Below are positions 19,768 to 29,000 of a DNA stretch of 64,000 nucleotides, in pieces; the first letter of the stretch is position 1, and each line of letters begins with the position of its first letter. Below the pieces are notes generated by a model, which saw only the letters and a program-made list of their open reading frames with translations, was not told the origin of the DNA and made no database searches. Source of the DNA: Candidatus Woesearchaeota archaeon (GTDB lineage: Archaea > Nanobdellota > Nanobdellia > Woesearchaeales > JAHWIC01); contig JAHWIK010000015.1 of assembly GCA_019322485.1 (NCBI GenBank), forward strand, positions 23,216 through 87,215. The letters are read 5' to 3'. The position numbers were made by a program, and so were the translations under genes.

Positions 19768-20229
19768 ATGAAATACACAATATTATTGTCTTTATTGTCA
19801 ATTATAATAATAAGCGGTTGTTATGCTGAAAAATTAAATGAGGGGGATATTTATATCGATAGGATTGAAATAGTGAATCAGAGGTCTTGCGAAGAAATTG
19901 AAGCAGCTATGGAAACATCGGAATTAGCGAGACTTGATGGTTATAAAACAATGGCTGAAGTTTATACTTATGTAAGCCCTATAGAAGAATCGAGTGGACA
20001 AGATTATGCTTGCATTATCTTAAGAGAGGATCAGTATGATATGTATAAAAAAACTGGCAAGTTAGGATATACTGGTTGGAAACCTGGACTAAATAAAGCT
20101 GAAAGTCTACTTGGATTAGAACTAGATAAAACCACTAAAGTGTATTTTTGTTGTTATATTGTTGATGAGAATGGAGAGAAGATTTCTAATGATTTATGCA
20201 GTGAAAAGACATTTGAAAAAGTTTGTTAG
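19768..20229 (+). CDS. small secreted protein (153 aa), Cys-containing, unknown function
   Basis: N-terminal hydrophobic signal 'MKYTILLSLLSIIIISGC' (lipobox-like). Confidence 0.35.
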   Translation: MKYTILLSLLSIIIISGCYAEKLNEGDIYIDRIEIVNQRSCEEIEAAMETSELARLDGYKTMAEVYTYVSPIEESSGQDYACIILREDQYDMYKKTGKLGYTGWKPGLNKAESLLGLELDKTTKVYFCCYIVDENGEKISNDLCSEKTFEKVC

Positions 20230-20388
20230 TAACAAAAGAGCGATTAAATTAGCAGCAGACTTTATAGTTAAATTAATTCTTGCTTTAGTCTTATTCTTTT
20301 TGGGAATAGTTTTTGTAATAAGATGGATAGGGTTATTTTAGTGGATGAGCCGCCTATATGTTCTTTCTGAATTGGATATAGTTGATAT

Positions 20389-20739
20389 TTACCTTATCTC
20401 AACTTCACAGGTCTTCTTCGGCTCAACAGAAGCCTTTAGGACTCTTATTGTAAGTCCAAGAGCGCTTCTCTCTGTTCCTGTTGTTATGGTCAGGGTTTCT
20501 TCATCAACCCTTATCCTGCAGAAGGTTTCCTGCGGGCTGACATCAACAAGGATAAGATTTCTGCCTTCATGCTCAGTGATAAATCCTTTTCTAAGCACTA
20601 CAACAGGTTCTGGCTCAGGCTCTTTCTCTACTGCTGCTTCTTCTTCAGCTGCAGCCTCTGGTTCAGGAGCTTCCTCCTCAACAGGCTTAGCGCAGCCAAT
20701 AAGCAAAAACAAGATAAGAACTGAAATTATCTTTTTCAT
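20389..20739 (-). CDS. small lipoprotein-like secreted protein; paralog A (shared ~60-aa C-terminal two-Cys domain)
   Basis: 'MKKIISVLILFLLIGCAKP' lipobox-like signal, acidic/Pro-rich linker, C-terminal domain alignable to 20744..21232. Confidence 0.4.
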   Translation of the reverse strand: MKKIISVLILFLLIGCAKPVEEEAPEPEAAAEEEAAVEKEPEPEPVVVLRKGFITEHEGRNLILVDVSPQETFCRIRVDEETLTITTGTERSALGLTIRVLKASVEPKKTCEVEIR

Positions 20740-20743
20740 ATTA

Positions 20744-21232
20744 TCACCTCAACATAACTCTGCATGTTTCATCAGGGCTAAGGGATGGTTCAAGCACTTC
20801 TATGGTAATGCCCTGGATGCTTCTTGACTTTCCTTTGGTTATCAATATGCTCTCGCCATCTACCCTGAACGAGCAGTATGTTTTTTTTGGGCTTACATGG
20901 CTTAGAATAACATCCTTGCCCCTGAATTGAGTAACAATCCCAATTTCAAGCACTGTGCCAGGTTTTGGCGGCTCAGGCTCTGCCTCAACCTCTTCTATTT
21001 CCTCAACAACAGGCTCAAATTTAGGCTCTTCTTTTTTTCTTTCTGGTATTAACTCCTTGATGTTGCTTCTTACATCTTCGATAGAAATAAACTGCGATAG
21101 GTCTGGTCCAGCTAGAAACAGAAAAGCGAGAAGAAGCACAACCACAATAGCTATGTTAATCATGCGCGCCTTTCTTTGCTTCTCTAATTCATCTATGTCC
21201 TGTATTAACTTGGTTTCTGTTGTTTTCTTCAT
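20744..21232 (-). CDS. membrane-anchored/secreted protein; paralog B of the preceding gene
   Basis: TM helix, acidic/Pro-rich linker, and a C-terminal domain aligning with paralog A. Confidence 0.4.
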   Translation of the reverse strand: MKKTTETKLIQDIDELEKQRKARMINIAIVVVLLLAFLFLAGPDLSQFISIEDVRSNIKELIPERKKEEPKFEPVVEEIEEVEAEPEPPKPGTVLEIGIVTQFRGKDVILSHVSPKKTYCSFRVDGESILITKGKSRSIQGITIEVLEPSLSPDETCRVMLR

Positions 21233-21537
21233 AGTCTCTTGTATTCCTTCTTAACTCGTACCTTAATCTTGTTTATAGGAGCAAAGACTGGCCTCCCAAG
21301 GTGGTTAAACTCAACTCTTTTCTTCTCTTCATCTATATGCCTTACCTCTCCTTCTATATGGGGCTTGTCAGCTAGCCTAACCACATCGTGCATGGTTATT
21401 TGGTGTATACTGCGGACTGATTTCCAGCGGCCTCCCTTGCTTTTTACTCTGACCTGATGTATTTTAGCACTACTATCAGCTACTGATGAGCCAAATTTTT
21501 CGTGATGAGGCCTTCTCCTGGAAAATATTATTGACAT
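21229..21537 (-). CDS. small basic protein (102 aa), possibly an RNA-binding beta-barrel (Gar1-like?)
   Basis: Lys/Arg-rich; weak resemblance of 'LGRPVFAPINKIKV' to the Gar1 'GPINSPYISVK' motif; overlaps the upstream gene by 4 nt. Confidence 0.25.
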   Translation of the reverse strand: MSIIFSRRRPHHEKFGSSVADSSAKIHQVRVKSKGGRWKSVRSIHQITMHDVVRLADKPHIEGEVRHIDEEKKRVEFNHLGRPVFAPINKIKVRVKKEYKRL

Positions 21538-21585
21538 TTTTATTCCTTTTATGATATATGCAAAGCACTTATTTAAGTTTTACTG

Positions 21586-22830
21586 TTATTTCTTTTTGCT
21601 CTTTACCTTCTTTTTTCTTTTCAATTTTCTGCCGCATTTATAGCAGAATTTAGCGCCTGGCGCATTCCTGGCTTTGCATTTCCTGCATATGGTGAGCTTA
21701 GGCTTTGGCTGTTCTTTTAATTTTTTAGCTTTGATAATCCTGTAGATAATCCATCCAATTAAAATCAAAAAAGCCAGGCCTAAAGTTCCGAATGCAATTG
21801 TGTTCATAAAAGCCCTTAATTTCCATGCTTCCTGGGCCTCTTTTTTTATATCAGCTAATTCCTTTATGCGTTCTTCATCCTCTGTTCTTTTGCACTCACC
21901 GCAGTCAGCAGCACAGCCCCTACATGTTTCTCCAGGCTGGCAAACACCATCACCGCACCAGTCGCAATCCTCAGCACAAACACCCTGCTCTTCAACCTCA
22001 CAGATGCCATTTCCGCAGTATGTTTCACAAACACCTAAGGAGGTGCACCTTTCATAGGCGCCGCAGGCACAATCCTTTGCAGAATTCCTGCAGTTTTCGT
22101 TAACTCCAGCATCACAAAAGCCGTCATTTCTTATAAACGGCGAATGGCTGCATGCCTTATGCACGCAATAGCTCCCTTCGCACTCATCTGCTTCATTGCA
22201 GAATTGTCCATCACATTTGCCTACATCAACTGGGCAGTTGCTGCATGTCTCGTATTGTTTCTCTTTCACCTCATTGCCGCAGTAGGTTGCGCATTTACGC
22301 TCATCAACATCTCTTTTGGAATCGCCTTTATCATCTATACAGCTTTTATTTGGGTCACAGGAACAGTCATTTTCTGCGCTGATGCAGGATTCGTAGCTGT
22401 TCCTTGTAGTGCAGATGCCATCACCTTCATATCCAAAGTCAAAACTTATTGTCTTGGTCTCTGTCTTTGTTGGCGGTGATGTCGGCCATGGATAGCAGGT
22501 CCATGTCTGCTTGCCAACACAGTTTACAATCAGGGGGGTTGAAACATGCCCGAAAATACCCTTTGCTTCTACCCTAAACCCAAAATTCTTAGTCTGCCCC
22601 GCCACAAGGTCTTCGCCTATATCCCCATTATGGTCTTCAGTTTTCCAATTGCATGTAAGCTTGCAGATATTGCTAAGACCCATATTGATGTTAGAAGTAA
22701 GTTCTACAGTCTCCCCCTGGTAAGGAAGGGATGCAGGACTGGGAATAGAACCAATGGTATACTCATAGGCATATGCAGGCTGAAGACTTACTAATAAAAC
22801 AAACAAAATGCATAGCGGTGTTTTGAGCAT
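21586..22830 (-). CDS. secreted Cys-rich repeat protein with a C-terminal TM anchor and basic zinc-ribbon tail
   Basis: Signal peptide 'MLKTPLCILFVLLVSLQPAYA'; CGNGICE...CAEDCDWCGDGVCQPGETCRGCAADCGEC repeats; C-terminal TM plus 'CRKCKARNAPGAKFCYKCGRKLKRKKK'. Confidence 0.5.
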   Translation of the reverse strand: MLKTPLCILFVLLVSLQPAYAYEYTIGSIPSPASLPYQGETVELTSNINMGLSNICKLTCNWKTEDHNGDIGEDLVAGQTKNFGFRVEAKGIFGHVSTPLIVNCVGKQTWTCYPWPTSPPTKTETKTISFDFGYEGDGICTTRNSYESCISAENDCSCDPNKSCIDDKGDSKRDVDERKCATYCGNEVKEKQYETCSNCPVDVGKCDGQFCNEADECEGSYCVHKACSHSPFIRNDGFCDAGVNENCRNSAKDCACGAYERCTSLGVCETYCGNGICEVEEQGVCAEDCDWCGDGVCQPGETCRGCAADCGECKRTEDEERIKELADIKKEAQEAWKLRAFMNTIAFGTLGLAFLILIGWIIYRIIKAKKLKEQPKPKLTICRKCKARNAPGAKFCYKCGRKLKRKKKVKSKKK

Positions 22831-22869
22831 TTTTACTATACCTTGTCCTTTTGTAATTTAAAGTTTTCC

Positions 22870-24288
22870 TTAACCTGCTATAAACTCTATGATTCTGTCA
22901 TATACTTCCGGGGTAGTTAGAGGATACAGCATATAAGTGTGCTTAAACCTTTCTCCAGTGTAAGCCAGGTTCTTAGCGCCTTGTAAAGGCACGCTTGTAG
23001 AGCAGACAACATCATCATGGTATAGTTCAGTCTTGCCGCAGGGATAATAAGGCACTACACCAGCAACATGAATCATTCCTTTTTTTGCTTTTCCGGTTAT
23101 AGTCAGGTATCTTGTTCTACCTGGGGTTTCATCACCTGAGTTCAGCCTTGTCAGGAATGGACTTCCCTCAACCATGTCATAGCACTCCAGCCCAGGATGG
23201 GAAAAACTGCAGCCCACTGCAGGAGCTATTATATTTTCCCCGCCAATAATTCCGTGGTTTGGTGTTCCGATTGTAACAAGAACCTCAACACTCCCGCTTC
23301 CATATTTTCTTATATATTCTCTTGACACTAATCCGCCCATGGAATGGGCTATGATTATGACCTTGTTCTTTCCAGTGTAGTGCTTTAAGGTATCTATTGT
23401 CTTCTTAATCCTGTCTGAGTAGGCTGAGATATCCTTTTCATCCTCAACGCCAATTATCGAGCCCCTGTCATCATATACACCTAGGTAATAGGTTGTTCTT
23501 ACACAGACTGGTTTGTTTAGCTTTCCCCACAGTCCTGCTCCAACAGATTCCTCTCTTGCGCTTGGCAGCAGGATACCTTTGTTGATATAAAGGCCGTCTT
23601 TCTCAAGTTTATTCTGGAACTCTAAAAAATGATTTATGTTAGAATAATCTACATCCTCATTTTCTTTTGCAGAATGCCCATGGATAAGGATAATTGGTAA
23701 ATCAGTGTTGGGGTCAACGCTTTCTTGGGGTATGTATTCCTCTTTGCAGTCTGCAGGGCAATTCATTGGATTTTCATTAGCATCGCATCTTCCATTGCCG
23801 CAGGTTATAATCTCGCATCTTCTTGTTTTTGTGTTGCATCTTCCGTTAACACCACATCTGCAGTCATTAGGCGCTGTAACACAGTTTTCCCCAAGTTCAG
23901 ATTCACAGAGGCCGTCCTGGCAGTCAACTAAACCGCAGTCCTTGTCGCAGCCAAGCCCACACTCCCCAGGATTGCAGATTAGGTCGCCGCAATAAGAGTC
24001 TGCCTCGCAGCTTCCGCAGTCTTTTGCGCATGCAGAACAGCTTTCTTCTGCCTGGCAGAAATAATCCCCGCACCAGTCGCAGTCTAAGGAACATATGCCT
24101 CCCTCGTCTTCCTGGCAGATTCCGTCACCGCACCAGTCGCAATCAGCAAAACACAGTTCAACCTCATTTTCCTGGCAGATTCCATCACCGCAATAAGGCT
24201 TATTTGCAATGAAGAATAAATAACCAGAACCGCTTACCAAAAGGACAATGATGAACACCACAACTATTTCATTTTCAGATATTTTCAT
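22870..24288 (-). CDS. membrane-anchored alpha/beta-hydrolase (lipase/esterase, PGAP1/lipase class 2-like) with an N-terminal Cys-rich CGDGxC repeat stalk
   Basis: TM anchor; three 'CGDGICQE.E...C..DCDWC' repeats; hydrolase motifs 'ILIHGHSAKE' and nucleophile elbow 'IIIAHSMGGLVSREY'. Confidence 0.6.
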   Translation of the reverse strand: MKISENEIVVVFIIVLLVSGSGYLFFIANKPYCGDGICQENEVELCFADCDWCGDGICQEDEGGICSLDCDWCGDYFCQAEESCSACAKDCGSCEADSYCGDLICNPGECGLGCDKDCGLVDCQDGLCESELGENCVTAPNDCRCGVNGRCNTKTRRCEIITCGNGRCDANENPMNCPADCKEEYIPQESVDPNTDLPIILIHGHSAKENEDVDYSNINHFLEFQNKLEKDGLYINKGILLPSAREESVGAGLWGKLNKPVCVRTTYYLGVYDDRGSIIGVEDEKDISAYSDRIKKTIDTLKHYTGKNKVIIIAHSMGGLVSREYIRKYGSGSVEVLVTIGTPNHGIIGGENIIAPAVGCSFSHPGLECYDMVEGSPFLTRLNSGDETPGRTRYLTITGKAKKGMIHVAGVVPYYPCGKTELYHDDVVCSTSVPLQGAKNLAYTGERFKHTYMLYPLTTPEVYDRIIEFIAG

Positions 24289-24484
24289 AGGTGTGAGTTG
24301 GGGATTATCCTATTTAAGTTTTTGCTAAATTTAAAAAAACTTATAAAGAGGTTTGGACTTCCGGCAGTTATATGGCTCCTCTAGAAGTATCGGAAATGGC
24401 CCTGAGAATTGGTGTTCCTGTGTTGATGGGTATTACAGCTAGTGTCTATATTTTTGACTATTTTCTTAGAAGAAGGCAGTATGA

Positions 24485-24838
24485 TTAGTCTTTTGTGATT
24501 AGCTCATCAGCCTCAATATAAGGCTTTGTTCCTGCAAAAGGAATCTCACCATAACGGATTGTCCCCCTTACAACATAATCAACCTCATACTCAAATGTTT
24601 GCTGCGCTACTGCTTTCTTTACATAAAGATAAGGGCCACCGCTTACCTTAGCCCATTCCCGCTTTGCTGTTCCATCTATGATGCCCCTTATCTCAACTTC
24701 CATGCCTTCATACTTTTCAGGATTATCATTTATTGCTTTAATCAATGCACCATCACTTGCTTTTCTTACAATAATCTCATAGCCACCAAACTGGCAGCCG
24801 CATAAAAAAATTAAAAATAAAACTAATAGTTTTTTCAT
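24485..24838 (-). CDS. small secreted/lipoprotein-like protein (117 aa), last gene of the giant-protein operon
   Basis: 'MKKLLVLFLIFLCGCQFGG' signal; start overlaps the stop of the upstream gene by 4 nt. Confidence 0.4.
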   Translation of the reverse strand: MKKLLVLFLIFLCGCQFGGYEIIVRKASDGALIKAINDNPEKYEGMEVEIRGIIDGTAKREWAKVSGGPYLYVKKAVAQQTFEYEVDYVVRGTIRYGEIPFAGTKPYIEADELITKD

Positions 24839-26016
24839 TTTTTCTTCCTCTTTTTAGGCTTTAGTTTCTTTATCATTATTATCAATGCTGCAGCTATAAT
24901 AGCTAAGGCAACTGCCACATACAACAATGGAGATACCTTTCTTTCTGCTTCGTGCAGCTCTATTGTAAACTCCCTTTCAAAGGTTTTATCTTTATAGTAA
25001 GCCTTTGCCTTTAGTTCATAAGATCCAAGCTCCAGCTCATGCGCTTCCCAATGAAGCCTTACAGAGCTGTTCCTGTTTGGTTCGATATCAATCCTGTTTG
25101 CTTCCATAGCTGCAATTACTGTGCCATTCCTGATAATATCTGCAGTCAGGTTAACATCCTCAAGCTCTTTATTCCAGTTTGACCCTAAGAACATATTTAT
25201 CCTGTTGATTTTATCAACAACAGCAGTTCTTGTTCCTAAGAAAATCAGCACCCCTTCTTCACCAATCCTAAAACTTCCAGTTTCTTCTACTGCTTTTCCG
25301 GAAAACTTAATGATTGATTCTGCATCATACTCACCAGGCTTGAACAGGAACTTCTTTATGGTTAATTGGTTTTCATGACTTTTTCCAGGCTCAATAGTAA
25401 ATGTTGCTTTTGGCAGGGATAGTATCTTCTTCTCTGTATTTCCCAGAATCTTATAACCAAGCACTACATCATGGAATCCATTTACAAGTGCAGCTTTGTA
25501 CAGGCTTGCAACTTTCTCTTTATTCTCATATATGTTAAGGTCATTCTCTATTCCTCCAATTGTTATTGCGCCTTTGTTTTCCATTACTGTTGTAAATTTC
25601 ATAAGATATTGGCTGTCATCAATAACCAAAAGCTCTGTTTTAAGGTATTCCTCAGGATACGGAACAAATAAATTAACCGTATGATGTACTGATGGCTTTG
25701 TTGTTACTGTTCCTGAACCTGCTGGTTCTTCATATACAACTATCTTAGCCTGATGCTCGCCAGGCCCGAAAGGCCCTGATAGGTTAAAGCTGAATTCTTT
25801 TGGGCCTATTACAACCCCTTCACGCGCAATCTCCACGTCAAGCTCACCTTCAACACCAATTGTAATCCTTGTTGGAAGGTTTGATGAAGGTATAACTGTA
25901 AAAACACCTGAATGCTCTTTATTCCCAAAGAAATCTGTCTTTGCGGGCATTGCCCCTAAAGCAAACACAGCGTCTATTGAAAGCACCAATATAATAAATA
26001 AAATCCATTTTTTCAT
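24835..26016 (-). CDS. secreted protein with an N-terminal signal peptide and a C-terminal TM anchor plus KKRKKK tail (393 aa)
   Basis: Signal 'MKKWILFIILVLSIDAVFALG'; C-terminal 'PLLYVAVALAIIAAALIIMIKKLKPKKRKKK'; start overlaps the giant gene's stop. Confidence 0.45.
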   Translation of the reverse strand: MKKWILFIILVLSIDAVFALGAMPAKTDFFGNKEHSGVFTVIPSSNLPTRITIGVEGELDVEIAREGVVIGPKEFSFNLSGPFGPGEHQAKIVVYEEPAGSGTVTTKPSVHHTVNLFVPYPEEYLKTELLVIDDSQYLMKFTTVMENKGAITIGGIENDLNIYENKEKVASLYKAALVNGFHDVVLGYKILGNTEKKILSLPKATFTIEPGKSHENQLTIKKFLFKPGEYDAESIIKFSGKAVEETGSFRIGEEGVLIFLGTRTAVVDKINRINMFLGSNWNKELEDVNLTADIIRNGTVIAAMEANRIDIEPNRNSSVRLHWEAHELELGSYELKAKAYYKDKTFEREFTIELHEAERKVSPLLYVAVALAIIAAALIIMIKKLKPKKRKKK

Positions 26017-29000
26017 GTTGTTCTCACCAATATAGTTGAATTCTTCTGCCCCGAGGGCTCAAGCAACGGCACAGTTGCGTTCAAATCAATCTCTGCTGTG
26101 TCTGAGGCATCTTCCCAGTTTAGATTATATATTGCCGGCGTGCTGTTTGAAGGCATTGGAGTTAATGTTGTCGTTGCTGAAGTGAATGAGCCGGATTCAT
26201 TCACGCCTATTGCGAATTGATATGACTCATTTGGATTAGGCACTGTCTCAAACAAGTCAGTTGCATTTATTGATATGTTGACAATTAAATTGCCTACATT
26301 TTCCAATAGGAGCGGCAGTGGGCTGTCATCTTCTGTGGATTCACTAAAGCCAGGTATTACCACCCCAAAGTCAACTACATCCCTTGTCAGGTTTATTGCT
26401 ATGTATGAGCTTAATGTAAAGTTCCATACATCGCTCCATTCTCCTGAGATAATGGAGTGATAAGCCCTTACTCTCCAGAAATATGTCTTGTCAAGCTCGA
26501 GGTCGCTTATTAGTGTGTGGCTGGTTTCATTATTGCTTCCTTCTGATAGATTTCCTCTTGAGTAATCTAATGATGTAAAGATTGGCGAATCATCTATCTC
26601 TATCTCGTATTTTGCAGTTGTTGAGCCATTGTAGGTTGCATTGTACCAAGTGAATGTTGGCCTTAGCTCTGTTGTGGTGTTTCCGCTTTCCGGGCTTTTG
26701 AGGATAACCTTTGACGGCCTGTTGGCTTCTTCTCTTTCACATGCGTCTTTGCATGTGTAGCCATTGTATGTCTGGGTATAATCACAGACCCATATGTTCT
26801 CTTTGCTGTTTCCATTGCTCCAAGGCAGTTCTCCTGATACTGTTCTTGTGTCATTGTCATCTCTTAACTCAACCTCAACAGTATAGTATCCTTCACTCAA
26901 GCCGCTTAAACTGACTGTGCCATTGCACATTCCTGTTGATGCAAGCGGAACACTTCCGAGAGATATCCTGCTGCCAGGGCTGTTCTTTTCTGCATAAACA
27001 ACACAGCCAGAGGCATTAGCAGTAAATCCATAAGTGCTTGTGAAATTAACTGCTACATTCAGTGTTTCTGTTGGCACGTAATAATCCTTTGTTGGGTATG
27101 AAGTACTGCAGTTTGTGTCTATGCAGAAGAATCCTGTTGTTTGTTTTGGCAAGGTTCTTACATCAATGGTCAGGCTTGTGTTTGGACCAATATTGCCGAC
27201 ACCATCAACTGCCCTTGCATAGATTGTATTTAAGCCGTCAGATAATGTGAGGGCATACCTGCAGTCATAAGCTGATGTTTCATTTACCCATCCAGTGCCG
27301 TCATTAAACTGGCAAAGTTCAACGCCGGAATTCCATGTGCCAGAGTCAGTTGCATTTACTCTTACATAAACAGTGTCTGAGGCGCTTAATCTGGTAACTG
27401 TATTGTCTGTTTTTATCATTCTTAGCCTGGAGGTTGTGTAATCATCATCTGCAGGAGTTGTTTTTACAAATACTGGTGCTTGCGGCGGCTCTGTTTCAAG
27501 GATGTACTGCGTAACATCTGCATTTTGCTCTACTCCGCCTATACTTGTTGAGACATAATACGAGAAACTCGAGTTTTGTACAATTGTGTCATTATCAGGG
27601 ACAGTTATCCAGAATGTTAGGTTTAAAATCTGGTTTGGATATGCTCCGCTGTATTCTATAAGGACAGCCTGGTAATGATATCCTGATTGAGCACTGTACT
27701 GCACATTGAAATTACCAGAGTCTGTTCCATAGATTCCAGAGTTTGATGCATTCATCTCATAATCTAATGGCACATAGGTTGCGCTTGCACTTCCAAGATA
27801 AATCTGGATTGTTTTTCCGTTTACATTTGTGGCTGAGTCTGTGAATGTGAATGTAAGGTTTTTTCCTCTCCAATGATATTCTGTGTATGTCAGGTCAGGT
27901 GTTCCGCCGCCCCAGTTTGTGTTTACTGAGTAATCTGGGGGCTCTCCGCCTATGTAGCTGACTGCTGCTGCATCAGAGCATTTTAGCGTGCATGCTGCTA
28001 AACTATTTGTATACGGGGCCAGGCATGAAGCACCTGATGAACAATCTGAGTCTTCGCAGTCAACTGAATTGTCAAAATCATTGTCATAGCTGTCTGTGCA
28101 TGCTGATTCTGTTGTTCTATACCCTGTTCCTGCACTAGCCGAGTTGCAGATTCCTTGGCTTGTAGACCACACACCAACGATTCCATCACAGTCTGAATCC
28201 CTGCAGTCATAAACACCATCATTAAGGCTGGCGTTTATCTCATTAGGGTCATAATTTGTCTTTGAGATGTATTCATCTTGGTATTCATACTCATTGTTTA
28301 AGCCATCCATGCACGAATCTAGCGTTACATTCTCTTCTGGAGGACAGACCCTGCATAATCCTTGATGATAACATCCTGTATCATAACAGTTTGCAAGATT
28401 ATCGCCATCATTATCCATTGAGTAAGCTGTTGTTCCGCTTGAATTATAATCACCGCAAAGAGTATCATCAAAAGGATCAAAGTACATCTCTTCAAATAAT
28501 GCACATAAAATATCTCCTGGGCCCAGCAGGCCATTGCAGTCAGGGTCGCCACAATCTGTTCCTGAAGCATCATTTGTCTCGTATTCTGTTCCATTCCATG
28601 TGTAGGCATCTAGGTCATTGTCTAATGTGTCATTGCAGGTCTGCTCTACTATTGATAATCCTGAGCCGTCATCTGTACAGACATACAGGCCAGATTCCTG
28701 CACAGCATAGCAGTTATAATCATCACAATCTTCACCTGTATTTGCACCGGCATGTGCGCTTCCTGACTCTCCAACATAATAGGTTCCTAGGTCTTGGTCA
28801 TTGTCAACTCCATCAGAACAGTTGTATTCCCATCTTATTGTGCATAAGCCGATATTTCCTGAGTCATTTATGTAAGTGTTATTGCAGTCAGAGTCATAAT
28901 TATTCCATGCACAGTCAATTCCTGCTCCAGCTGCAGTACTTAGATTAATACCATCTGACAAATAATTATCAAGGTCATTGTCAATGCTGTCAAGGCACCA

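Noticed and set aside
21229-21537. Assignment of the 102-aa basic protein as ribosomal L21e/L14e/S28e
   Set aside because: None of the family signatures I remember (L21e 'GDIVDIKI', S28e 'REGDIL...EREARRL') is present. Left as an unassigned small basic protein with a weak Gar1-like hint.
24372-24488. 38-aa plus-strand micro-ORF (MAPLEVSEMALRIGVPVLMGITASVYIFDYFLRRRQYD) between the lipase and lipoprotein genes
   Set aside because: Hydrophobic and plausible as a small membrane peptide, but there is no conservation evidence and it sits in a divergent/terminator region. Too speculative to call.
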